A DNA stretch of 63,944 nucleotides, counting the filler, from Piptocephalis cylindrospora (lineage: Eukaryota): the NCBI GenBank assembly GCA_003614145.1. It is 4 parts of 4 records of this genome, joined end to end, with 100 filler letters (N's around TTAATTAATTAA, not from the genome) between each part and the next. Parts side by side here need not be neighbours in the genome. Positions count along the whole stretch, not along the records: positions 1 to 16,633 come from KZ987867.1; 3 more parts are not named here. One strand, written 5' to 3'. The position numbers and the translations under genes were made by a program. The notes beneath the pieces are model-generated. The model was not told where the DNA came from and did not search any database. It saw only the letters and a program-made list of their open reading frames with translations. Position 1 is the stretch's first letter; each line of letters opens with the position of its first letter. Shown piece after piece: positions 1 to 10,628 of this stretch.

Positions 1-61
1 TTCCCACAGGCATTCCTTTTTACGCGGAAGGCACAACGACTTCCCAGTCGTTACAATATGG

Positions 62-80
62 TATATATATATATATATAT
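62..80. repeat. (TA)n microsatellite
   Basis: Run of TA dinucleotides read directly. Confidence 0.9.
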
Positions 81-1673
81 TCTATTTCCCAATACATTTC
101 GCTGTTTACTACTACTATATGTATATTCTAGTATAAAACCATATTGTACATCACATCCCCAATGTTTTTGATCAAAAAGCGTCCTACTTACCGTAGCATG
201 GTCCCTCGACATCTCTAGGGTCCCATGATGATGAGGTCGCGCGTCAATCCCAGCCATGCTCATGAAGGACGCTGAGGACAAGGACATACACAAACAAACC
301 TTCTTTCCTCCTTCCCCTTCCTTGTCATTCCTCGTAAGCATAATGGCTAGTCATCCCATTGTCAACAGGTGCATTGTGGGTTGTCCGCGAGTGCATCATG
401 GAGATCCAGGGCTTATCGACGCGCCCGTGATGGAGAGCAGTTCATTTGATGAGGAGCAGTCCTGCTCATGTGTCCCGATGAGGAGCAGATGGGTCAAGGA
501 GAGAAAGCGACTTATTTCCCCTCAACCCAGTCCCACCACCACCACTCATCATGCCTCATTCATCATTAGTGCTCCCATTACGTATACGCATCTGCAGAAG
601 GATCAATGATTCGCCAGGCTGGACTTATCTCTCCTCCCACAGGGGCGTTGACTCCGATACAGTATGAGAAACTCCGAAGGAAACTCAGCTGGCTCCCCCG
701 CTCGATCCAAAACTTCCTATCCAGTATGACCTTCGTATCGCCTGGGTCCCTTGTACATTGCCAACTATCTCTAGCTCGATATTCCTTCTGGCCGATCCTT
801 TTCCTTGCATTTGCCCCTTCTTCCCTCTCCCCCTCCCCCCGTTGCACCGTTCATTGTCTGTGCTCCCGTCCCCTTTGTTCCCTCTCTTTCCCTCCCCCCC
901 CACCTGCCCAAGTGCCCACGCTATACGTCTCTCTCTCTTCCCGTATTTTCTCACATTGCACCCTTGCTTTCACTGACGCTTATTTAGACGCTTGATCTCC
1001 CCCGTTGCCTCCCGCCCCCCTCCTCCTCACTGACTGCTCCCTTTTCTTCACTTTTCTATCCATCTTTTTTCTTCCCCCCTATCCTCCTCTTATCCTGCGT
1101 CAATCCGTCGTCTATCTCCTACACTAGCCTCTCTCCCTTCCCCCTACGATACTCTTCTTCCTTGCTCTACCCTTACCTCTACCTCTACCGTGGTTTCCTC
1201 TAGATCTACCCCCCTCAAGGAGACACCTTTTCGCCTTACCCTATCCTACTCCACCTCCCTCAGCTTGACCATTCCATTGCCTCCTTGATCGCTAGACCTA
1301 AATCCAGTCCATCTCCCTCCAACCATTCTCCATACCCATTCATCTTCCCCAGTGTCCTTTGACAGCCCCATCATTGTGTTCTTCCAAGTGCCCCTTCAGT
1401 AAAGCCTGTCACCGTGACCTTCTCCGTCCAAGTCATCCCTATCTCCTTTTCCCTTATAGACATTAACTATCCTATCCGCTTATCCCTCCCTTTTTTTATT
1501 CCTCCTCCCCCTCTCTTCAGCCTTTTCTCTTTTAACCTATCCTCCCCATCTCCTCCATGCTCTCCTCTCCCCGATTCCCCTCTCCAAGCTCCCACTCCTC
1601 TCTCCCATCTTCTCTCTCCACTTCCTCCCGTTCCTCGGACCGCCTCACCCCATTTCCCTTGACCCAAGCCGAC

Positions 1674-2252
1674 ATGGAAACCCTGAGACAGGATTTTGGC
1701 ACCCAACTGCCCAATCTCATCGTCTCCAATACATCCCGGGTCCAACGAGGTCCTCGTCAGCGTCGTCCTGCCCTCACTCCCTTAGATCCTATGCCCCAAC
1801 AGGCCCCCAGGCTCTCTCCTGCCCCCTCTATGACCCAGACGAGGTTGAGAAGGGTGTCCGGCCGAGTTCGGAGGTCCACCCTCTCTGCTTCATCTGTGGC
1901 CGTCCAGGCTAATCTGTCCGAGATTGCCCTGGTACCTCAGGTCCATGTGATCCCTCCTACCACTCCTAGTACTGCGGTGGATCATCCCGATCCTGCTTCT
2001 TCTGCCCCTATCACGAACCTAGTGATGACGAGGCAACCGGTGATGGAGACCGAAGAGGAGATGGATCAGGTCGTCCCTATTCCCCTTTCTCCCTCCTCAT
2101 CCTGTTCGTCCCTCTCCGAGTACGAGGACGGACTGGGAGGTCCCATCCAAATTCCAGTGATTCGCGTACGTCGACGGGCAATTACCATCGATGACATTCT
2201 CCCCCTAGGGGAACCATGGTTATCCGGGGCCCATGCTGCCTGCTGTGTCTGA
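1674..2252 (+). CDS. Hypothetical disordered Pro/Ser/Arg-rich protein (~192 aa)
   Basis: ATG at 1674 (GACATGG) follows a long pyrimidine-rich leader; the frame is open to TGA 2252 and ends ...HAACCV. No recognisable domain. Confidence 0.5.
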   Translation: METLRQDFGTQLPNLIVSNTSRVQRGPRQRRPALTPLDPMPQQAPRLSPAPSMTQTRLRRVSGRVRRSTLSASSVAVQANLSEIALVPQVHVIPPTTPSTAVDHPDPASSAPITNLVMTRQPVMETEEEMDQVVPIPLSPSSSCSSLSEYEDGLGGPIQIPVIRVRRRAITIDDILPLGEPWLSGAHAACCV

Positions 2253-3686
2253 TCTCGAGGTCTTTATGGTGGCCCATGACAGAAATTTCTTGGGCCAAAT
2301 GCCCTTCCCTCATCTATGGCTCTAGTCTCCGTTGAATGTGTGGTGTCTGGACCCTTCAATCCATTTTTTCCTTCCTTTTCCCGTTTTTTCCTTATGATCC
2401 ATTCAACCTCCCATCCTCTCTGCACATACATCGTCAAAGCAAATGAAGCATCCCTTGAGACAACAGTCGATTCCTTCGTAGCATCTCACTGGGACAGACA
2501 AGATCCAGATGTCGACCCCGTCTCCACTGCATCTGGCCATTCAAATCCATCGGGTACCGATCCCTTCGTTCCCGGGCATGCATCTTGCGATAATCCAACC
2601 TCCAGGTGTGTCGACCACACCATCGGCAGCATCCGGGGCTAAATAGCCTTCTCCACCAGGAGAGGTGATCCCTCCGGATGGTGGCGTCCATGATAACCCC
2701 ATCAGGATAGTAGTAAATGGTCCATCCATGTGGCCTAAGAGGGATCATGTCATATGGGTACAGCCGACCTATCTGGGGCGATGGTGCATTTCGGATATTG
2801 TCTAGCTGGGGTGGGTGATCACGCATTTGGAGGAGGGGTGGGTGGGAAGGGGCTGTGGCATTGATCTCGGATGCTTTTATCTCCTTGAACTGAACTGCAA
2901 GATTCCGAAGAGCCTGCCGTCTCGGTGCTAAATACATTCATTTCTCTGAACTGGACGATAAGATCCCCGAGCGCTGAAGGGAGTGTGTGAAGGTGGCTGG
3001 TCATTCACAGCCGACAGGCCTTCTAGCGCTAGGATGATCATGTCCGACGGACCATTGTATGAATGACATGTGAAAGAAGACGGATTAAAGGATACGAGCA
3101 TATGATCCTATCCCATTTACCTTTCTGGAGTAGATGTAGATTTTAGATTCTAGCTTGCCATGAACGATCAACCCTCCTCCCTTTTTCTTTCCTTTCCTTT
3201 CCTTTCCTATCTTTCTTTCTCTTCTCCCTATCCACTGAATCCCCCATGAACCAAGACACGTTGTCCCACTCGGAGGTTTCCAGAGGTCCTGGGGTAGTCC
3301 TTCCACCCAACCCTTCCCTCCTCTCCCAACATGGGCTGGGGTTCCTCCACTCTGAGGTGTCAAGTCATGTCGGAGATCCAATCCTCTACCAATCCATCCG
3401 TCCCTGTTCCATACTCCGCCCCACCCAGGCCATGCCTTGGGCAGGTCCTATTTACACCTCAAGATCCTTTCCTTTCTCCTTTCTTCTTCCTCCATCCCCA
3501 TCCTTGCCATCCTCCTCCGTTCACTCGCTTACTTTCCCTCCTCCTTCTCCCCATCACGCCGTTCTACTCTGTTTCTGACGATATCATCCCGAGTCTCCCC
3601 TTTCAAACCCAAACCATTCCTTGCAACTGCTGAACGAACCCCCCTTCCCCCTCTCCCCCCTCTCCCCCCTCTCCATTGTCGACCTG

Positions 3687-4836
3687 ATGCACGCCTCGGT
3701 CCTCCTTTTTGGCCTTACCCTTCTTCTTCCTTCCGTCGCTCTGGGGCAAGGAACCATCCCTCCGACGGCTCCTGTTCAACCGATTGCCCCTGTTCGACCC
3801 ATCCCCCCCACCCAGCCCCTCGCCTCTACGCAGCCCCTCGTCCCTGTCCAGTCACAGGGAAATGGTGCGCCCTTGAGTACTAGGTACCCTGTCCCGGACA
3901 AAATTCCCCCCCATGGATCCGGCCTTCCTTAGGAGCCTTGATCTGTCCCAGGTTCCCCGCATCCCCATTAGGAAGGCACCTCCAGGGGGTGGGTCACCCA
4001 CTTGTCCAGCTGGAGGCGCTGGACCCGGCGAGTGCTGGTGGACATGTGACAAGTGTCTTGGGCCCCAGGATGTCAGCGCTTGCCCCAACAATAAGCAATG
4101 GGGCCTTACATATGATGATGGGCCTTCTCCCAACTCCACGCTCCTGTTGGACCACATGCAGTCCAAGAACATCCAGGCCACTGTCTTTGTCGTGGGGTCG
4201 CGCGTCATTGAGTACCCTGCCATCTTGAAGCGGGAGTACGCTCTGGGCCATCACATTGGTATGCACGGCTGGTCTCATACTGCCTGGACGTCCCTGACTA
4301 ATGAGCAGCTCGTCGCCGAGCTCCAGTGGACGGCCCGTGCCATCAAGGAGGTCATTGGTGTGACCCCCACCTACGTCCGACCACCTTATGGGGATATTGA
4401 CAACCGAGTCCGCGGGGTTCTTGAGGCCCTTGGGTACCGCGCAGTCATCTGGAACCAGGATACGAATGATTGGTACCTGAATTATGGCAATCCCACCGGG
4501 TATAACCCTGCCTGGGTATCGGGCAATATCACCCAGTGGATCTCCAACGCACCCTCGGCCAAGGAGGGCATCATTGCCCTGGAGCACGATCTGAGCGGTG
4601 AGGGCGTCCGCCTGGCCATCGGAGCCATCGATCAGATGCTCAAGGCTGGCCTCCAACCCCAGTCCGTTTCCCAGTGCCTCAGTCTCACCGACATGTACCA
4701 GGAATCCAAGAATCAGTCCATCCCTGGTCAGCCAGGTGGGGTCAAAGGCGGTGATGCGTCCTCCTCCCCAAGCTTTGTTTCCCCTTCCATGGCCTCTCTG
4801 GTTCCTCTCGCCCTTCTTTTCCTGATGAATCAATGA
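3687..4836 (+). CDS. Chitin deacetylase (CE4/NodB), secreted and GPI-anchor type, copy 1; apparent +1 frameshift in C7 run at 3906-3912
   Basis: Signal peptide MHASVLLFGLTLLLPSVALG from ATG 3687. A second frame carries CWWTC, TYDDGP, HGWSH, RPPYG, DTNDW, LEHD and a hydrophobic C-terminal tail. Removing one C joins the frames as PDKIPPMDP, matching the paralogs. Confidence 0.93.
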
Positions 4837-4939
4837 GTGATCAAGACGATGGTGTTTTTTTTCTATTCAAAAAGGCTACTTTTGCCTCCCCCCTCTCTCT
4901 CTCTCTCTCTCGTCCAAATACAACCCTCTCTTCTCTTCA

Positions 4940-6073
4940 CTACGTTCCCGGGGAAGAAAGGATAATGGGGGGGTAGGATGGGTAATGGGAGCCATAACTG
5001 ATCCAGACTCTTAACATGGTGTAGGAAAACCACATGAGACACCCACAGAGGAGTAAGAGGATGAGGCAGCACCCGACATAGCACCCACACCCAATCCTGC
5101 GCCAAAGGAGGTAGCCTCGACCCTGGACATACGGTCCCTGCCATCCAAAATCCCCAAATGTGTCCCGGGCCTTTTGATCCTGGAGACGCCGGATGGATGT
5201 GAGCCAGTGCCACGGGACCGGTGCTTGCTTGGATCTCGGATCCATCCTCATCAATGCCCCCGGCTCATGCCAGGAGGTGAGGGAGTCTTTGGCCATGGTG
5301 TCGGCTCGATCCAAGACTCCCAGGTTCCATCCTCCTCGCTTCCTTCGTCGTAGCCATTGCCATTGCCACCATCGTGGGGTAGAGGCATCCAGGTCTATGC
5401 TGGGGGTCTCCAACGGGGCATGTCCTTCCCTAGGATGGTGTGTAGATGGGTTGGATAAGGGCTCGTCCATCCACTCTCCGGGGATGGACGAGGCTATGGA
5501 GAGGAGAGATTGACGCGAGGGGGATCTCGTGGGTCTTTTCACTCGATGATGTCTCTTCCTCATCCTGGGTGTGGACGGGATGGAGTCTTGATCCTGGGAG
5601 AGACTGGATCTTTCCGCACGTCCTTGTTCCTGGGATGAATCCATCCTCCCTACATGTCCTCGATCCTGGGATGGATCCATCCTCCTCATACGTCCCTGGT
5701 TCTGGGATGGGTTCATCCTCCCCACACTCTCCTGCTCCTGGTAAAGACTCATATGCCCTTGAAGCCAGGTACGAAAGGATGGACAAAAGTGCTGGGATCG
5801 AGATGCTCCATTTCTCCTTGCCCCAGGCATCCGAACCGTAGGGACGCCCCCATGCATGGCCGGGAATAGCGGATCCGTGATGGGGAGTGAGCATCCGAGG
5901 CACGGAGGAGGAAGTCTCTGTTGACTGGCCGCGTCAGTAATTCCCGAGGCATCGCAATATCGGAGAAAAAGGACGGGCTGATGGATGGGCGGGGTAGGAT
6001 GAAAGGATCCCCAGGAGGAGGAGGAGGAGGAGGAGGAGGAGGAGGAGGAGGAGGAGGAAGAAGTCTGATCCAT
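4940..6073 (-). CDS. Hypothetical protein with poly-Ser, 12-aa tandem repeats and a Cys-rich C-terminal transmembrane segment
   Basis: Long ORF; probable ATG at 6073 (MDQTSSS), alternative ATG at 6202. Hydrophobic CGCYVGCCLILLLLCGCLMWFSYTML lies near the C-terminus. Confidence 0.65.
   Translation of the reverse strand: MDQTSSSSSSSSSSSSSSSSWGSFHPTPPIHQPVLFLRYCDASGITDAASQQRLPPPCLGCSLPITDPLFPAMHGGVPTVRMPGARRNGASRSQHFCPSFRTWLQGHMSLYQEQESVGRMNPSQNQGRMRRMDPSQDRGHVGRMDSSQEQGRAERSSLSQDQDSIPSTPRMRKRHHRVKRPTRSPSRQSLLSIASSIPGEWMDEPLSNPSTHHPREGHAPLETPSIDLDASTPRWWQWQWLRRRKRGGWNLGVLDRADTMAKDSLTSWHEPGALMRMDPRSKQAPVPWHWLTSIRRLQDQKARDTFGDFGWQGPYVQGRGYLLWRRIGCGCYVGCCLILLLLCGCLMWFSYTMLRVWISYGSHYPSYPPIILSSPGT
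5585..5740. repeat. 36-bp coding minisatellite, ~4.5 degenerate copies
   Basis: Units such as gtccttgttcctgggatgaatccatcctccctacat and gtcctcgatcctgggatggatccatcctcctcatac; encode Q-G-R-x-x-R-M-D-P-S-Q-like repeats on the minus strand. Confidence 0.85.
6013..6058. repeat. (GGA)n trinucleotide repeat encoding poly-Ser on the minus strand
   Basis: About 15 perfect AGG units. Confidence 0.95.
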
Positions 6074-8367
6074 GTTGAGTCTGGAAAATTCTTTGGTCTC
6101 TCTGGATGGGGCCTGCAAGGAAAATGGGTATAAAAGAAGAAAATAATTCTCCCAAGCTAAACACGCTTTGACCTTGAACAGCACGCCATTTCCATAGTCC
6201 ATAGTCTATAAAGACATCTCAAGGAAGGGTCATGCTCTTTCTTTCTTCCATCTCAACCGAGTCTTCTTGTCCCCATGGGGACAAGGAGGACGTGCTCGAC
6301 ACGTGATCTTTGTCTTGATCCAAGGATCACTCATGGCTTCCTTCCTTGATCCTAGACCCGTCCGGCTCTCTCCATGAAAGGCCGTGCACTATCGACCGTG
6401 TCCCCTTTGTCCTCAATCTTTGATTTGAAAAACCATTTATTTTTCACCCCATACCAACTATGCTGCTTTGCAGGGTTTACCCAATTTTTTTTGCCTGTCG
6501 GCATAGACAGATAGACCACCTGAACACTACCCTGCACACAGGTTAGTATGTGGGTGGGTGGTGCCGTTCACCCTCCCCCTTGTCTTCGACCTTGTTCCCC
6601 CCACACGCCGTGTTGCCTGCTTTTTTCATTTTTTTAACAATCTTGGCACTCAATATCCGACATTAAAACCACGCACTTGTATTTTTAGATCCTTGCCCTA
6701 CCTCTCCGTCACGGTCGGAGACTCTCCAAGTCACTACCATGCCTCGAGATCATGATCATGTCCTTGGACCGTCTCTCCTTCTTGGCCTCATGCTTGGCCT
6801 CGTCCCATGGTCAAACACTAAGAACGACCCACTAACCGCTCCAAGATGTGTTTGCATTAGAAGGTCGGATGTGCCTGCTCATGAAATGGCACGTCTATGC
6901 CTGTCCCCAGTCTCTGACATCCCACACATCCCACACACTGTGCTAGCGTCAACCACCTAGACGTTTGTGCCAAGAATTCTTACGGGCCCTCCGAACCTCC
7001 CCTCTTTCCCTCACCCACTGTGCCCTTCCTTCCCCCAACTCTCTTCCCAGGCCATCTTGAGGCAGGGGGATAGCGTCTACGTATCCACGATGATAGCCCG
7101 GAGAAATGACCTTACTTCCCCTCCCCCGCCCATCCCTGTTTTGACCAGTGTACAGCATCGATATGAGGATGTGGGACCTGCCAGCCCTCTACTCCTCATC
7201 CCCTGTCTCTAAACGGGGGTGTGCAGAGTCTGTCTGATCCACAAGAGCTGACTCACCGCCCTGCTTCCGTATGTTCCTTGCCATGCCATATGAATCATCC
7301 GTCTTGTCCTTCCGACCCACCTCATTGATTCATTTTCTTGAGACGGTCATTCTATTTCTATTCAGCCCAGCTACTGTCACCGTCATTCACTCTATCCCTC
7401 CCCTCCCTCACTCGTGGATTCACCTTGTCCACCTATGCGCCGATAAGCCCTTTGTTATGGTCTCGTCATTCATTTACTCTTCTTTTTCAGAGCCAGCGAT
7501 GGGTTGACGCTTGCAACGCCAACGGTGAAATACTTCTTCCTCTCTCTGGATGTCTCGCCTGCAACCGGCCCCATCAACTTCATCCTATCTCAAGTAGATG
7601 GGGCTGCGCAGCAATCTCCATGCCCCTGCTTCTCTCTTGCGGGCCATAACAACAACACCAGGTAACCAACCAGTTGGGGCCAGTCGGGGTTGGGTACGAG
7701 TCGTGCTGGCCGGCTTGGGTGTACCAGTCAGGTTTATAGTATCTAGTCACATCTAGTCTGTGTGAATGAGAAATGTCTGACTCCAAGTCCCCCCTCTCAC
7801 CCCTTCTCTACCACTCACAATCGCTCACATTCTCTACCCCGACTTCAGCGTGGATTATCCTCCATCGGAGTACCAAAAAGAGCAGGCCAGGCGGGTCCCA
7901 TTGATCCTTTTTATCCCTTCACATCCCCATCGATATCCCGCTTCTTCCCCTATCCCTCCTGCTCCGTCTAGGCCTTGGAGAAACTCCCATCCTTGAATTC
8001 CTGTCTACAGGCCCGAAAGATCTGCTGTCCTCTATCTTCCCATCCCCGGCCAAACTGCACGATGCCGTTGACCCCTCCATTCCCTGCCCTGGTCGATGCC
8101 CCAATCCTGCCCCGTTTCATCTTCCCTCCTCCCGTCACCATGCACATGTGTGGACCTGTAAAAGCGTGGATACACCTCACCTCGCATCAGCCCTCCCCCC
8201 CCATTCCTTTCTTCCCTTTTTCTCCCTCCACTTGTCCCTGTCCCCTCCTCCCTCTCGCGTGCACCACCCACACCTTGCCCTCTCCCCTTCTCCCAACCAT
8301 CCAGCTAAGCCCTCCCCCCTTCCCCCTCCTCTCCCTCAAGGCCTCCAACCCACATTCAAGACACTCC

Positions 8368-8374
8368 TATAAAA
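8368..8374 (+). promoter_or_regulatory. Candidate TATA box for chitin deacetylase copy 2
   Basis: TATAAAA within a CT-rich region ~350 nt upstream of ATG 8720. Confidence 0.4.
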
Positions 8375-8719
8375 CGGACATTGAGCAAGTCTTGATCCTC
8401 CACTCCCCCCTCCCGATTTTAGAGCTGGCTCTTTCCTTTTTCTTTTCCTCTCCTCTCCTCTCCTCTCCTCTCCCCTCCCCTCCCCCCTCCCTCCCCTTCT
8501 CCACTTCCTCACCTATTTTTAATACCCCCTCCGCTCCCTCCTTCTCGTTGCTACTACATACCCACCTTTCGTTCATTCAGGTAGTCATTGCCCTAGCATC
8601 GAGCCTATCATTATTATTCTCCCCCTCTCGCCCCTCCTCCCCCCCTTCACCTCTTGGATCCACGGACAAGTATTTATTTAGATTCACTTGATTCTTCGAC
8701 CCCAACACACACACACAGC

Positions 8720-9826
8720 ATGCAAGCCAAGCTTCTATCCCTCGCCGCCCTGCTCCTTGGCCTTGGGTCGGGCGCCTACGCCCAGGACCCCGTCCTTACC
8801 TCCTCGACCAACACGGGCGTCGACCCCACCGGGAACCAGACCAACCCCATCCCAACTAATTACCCTGTTACCGATAAACCCCCACCCTACGATCCCTCCA
8901 TGTCCAACGGCGTGGATCTCTCCGCCGTCCCCGTCATTGCCCCACACGTCGCCCCTCCCGGCGGAGGTAGCCCTGCCTGTCCCACAACCCCCGTCCCCGC
9001 CAGCGAATGCTGGTGGACGTGTGGCCAGTGTCGCGCCGTAGGAGACATCTTCAGCTGCCCCAGCAACACTCAGTGGGGCCTGACCTACGATGATGGTCCC
9101 TCCACCAACACCTCCATCCTCCTCGACTTCCTCAAGCAAAAGAACCTCAAGGCCACCTTCTTCGTGGTCGGCTCCCGTGCCATCACCAACCCCAAAATCC
9201 TTCGTCGGGCCTACGAGGAAGGCCATCACATTGCCGGTCATACCTGGTCTCACACCGCCTTGACTTCCCAGACCAACGAGCAGATCATCGCCGAGCTCTC
9301 CCACACCTCCCGCGCCATCCGCGAGGCCATCGGCGTCACCCCCAGGTACATCCGTCCCCCCTACGGCGACATCGACAACCGTGTCCGTGGTGTCATGCAC
9401 GCCCTCGGCTATAAGGCCATCATGTGGAACCACGATACCAACGACTGGAATCTTAACTTTGGTAACCCCACCAACTACGATCCCGCCTGGGTCTCGGGTA
9501 ACATCTCCCAATGGATCACCAGTGCACCCTCAGCCCCCGACGGTATCGTGGCTCTCGAGCATGATCTCGAGCTCGAGGGCGTCAAACAGGCTCAGATCGC
9601 CATCAACATGGCCCTCAAGTCCAACCTCAAGGTCCAGTCCGTCGCCGATTGCCAAGGGCTCACCGATCTTTACTTTGAGACCTCCTCCTTCACCCCTCTC
9701 GACCAGACTGGCGTTAGCAACGGGGGCGGCGTCAAGAGTGCTGCCACCACCACCACCACTACTCCTTCCTGGGTCATGCTAGGCACCACCGTCCTCGCTG
9801 CCCTTTCCACCCTGCTTCTTTTTTAG
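8720..9826 (+). CDS. Chitin deacetylase (CE4/NodB), secreted and GPI-anchor type, copy 2; intact, no intron in the CDS
   Basis: Signal peptide MQAKLLSLAALLLGLGSGAYA; CWWTC, TYDDGP, HTWSH, RPPYG, DTNDW, LEHD; Thr-rich spacer and hydrophobic tail; strong C-ending codon bias. Confidence 0.96.
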   Translation: MQAKLLSLAALLLGLGSGAYAQDPVLTSSTNTGVDPTGNQTNPIPTNYPVTDKPPPYDPSMSNGVDLSAVPVIAPHVAPPGGGSPACPTTPVPASECWWTCGQCRAVGDIFSCPSNTQWGLTYDDGPSTNTSILLDFLKQKNLKATFFVVGSRAITNPKILRRAYEEGHHIAGHTWSHTALTSQTNEQIIAELSHTSRAIREAIGVTPRYIRPPYGDIDNRVRGVMHALGYKAIMWNHDTNDWNLNFGNPTNYDPAWVSGNISQWITSAPSAPDGIVALEHDLELEGVKQAQIAINMALKSNLKVQSVADCQGLTDLYFETSSFTPLDQTGVSNGGGVKSAATTTTTTPSWVMLGTTVLAALSTLLLF

Positions 9827-10628
9827 ACGTGACTCGTTGAAAGTGAAGGGGGACAAGTGTGGGAGTGCACGATGGCAATACCCATTGATCCTATTGTTTC
9901 TTCTACCTGTTTGCTCGTATGAGTGGTTGCATTGGTAGGTTTGAAACACCTATCATGACCCCGAATCTAGGTAACCAGAGCGTCATGGCTGGATTGACAT
10001 CGTGAGGAAGTTCCTTTTGTCCCCCTGTGTAGATCACCTTACAAGACATTCACAAGGAATCCAATTTGAGAGTTCATGTCATCTATTTCTAATGAAGACC
10101 TCCCATAAGGGAGGAAAGAGGCATTTTTTTACTGCACTAAATATCTTCCACACATGCACTATATCGCGCAAATTGTCGTAGTGCCAGTGCAGGAAACAAC
10201 ACACAATGCATACGTATGCTGAGAGGTACTGGAGTCACAATTCCCTCGCTCTCAGTCGTCATACCAAGCTGAGAGGATGGGGCAAGGTAAATGAACACAA
10301 AAACGGGGGATTGAACTCCCGTCTGCTCTCGCTTTATCGGTTAACGAGATCTTCCATGGCATACACACACACACACACACATATAATGCGCTCAATTCAG
10401 GTTGAAATTGGACTTTCCGTCCCTGTTTTTGTGTCGGACTTTGCGGCCTTTGGCTGTGCTGCGCTTCACTTCAAATCAACGCGACATTGCTTTAATCAGC
10501 TATAGGCGGCATCGTGGGCACTGACCACCCGGACCACAACGCGATCCATCCCCTCTTCTCTTTCTGTGCTGTCAAGGCTGTCCCCTCTCCTTTTCTCAAG
10601 CGACGTGTTCAGCTCTCTTGGACCCGTC

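Noticed and set aside
2316..3004. Overlapping ORFs on both strands upstream of deacetylase 1
   Set aside because: No domain similarity or convincing start context.
5585..5740. 36-bp periodic repeats as a possible CRISPR array
   Set aside because: Units are contiguous and degenerate with no unique spacers, lie in frame within an ORF, and no cas genes are present in this eukaryotic context.
6739..7750. Short ORFs between deacetylases 1 and 2, one with a hydrophobic start
   Set aside because: No consistent spliced model or recognisable motif could be built.
3994..9511. Long antisense ORFs over deacetylases 1 and 2 (3994-4833, 8735-9511)
   Set aside because: Expected shadows of C-ending codon bias in real genes; no independent motifs.
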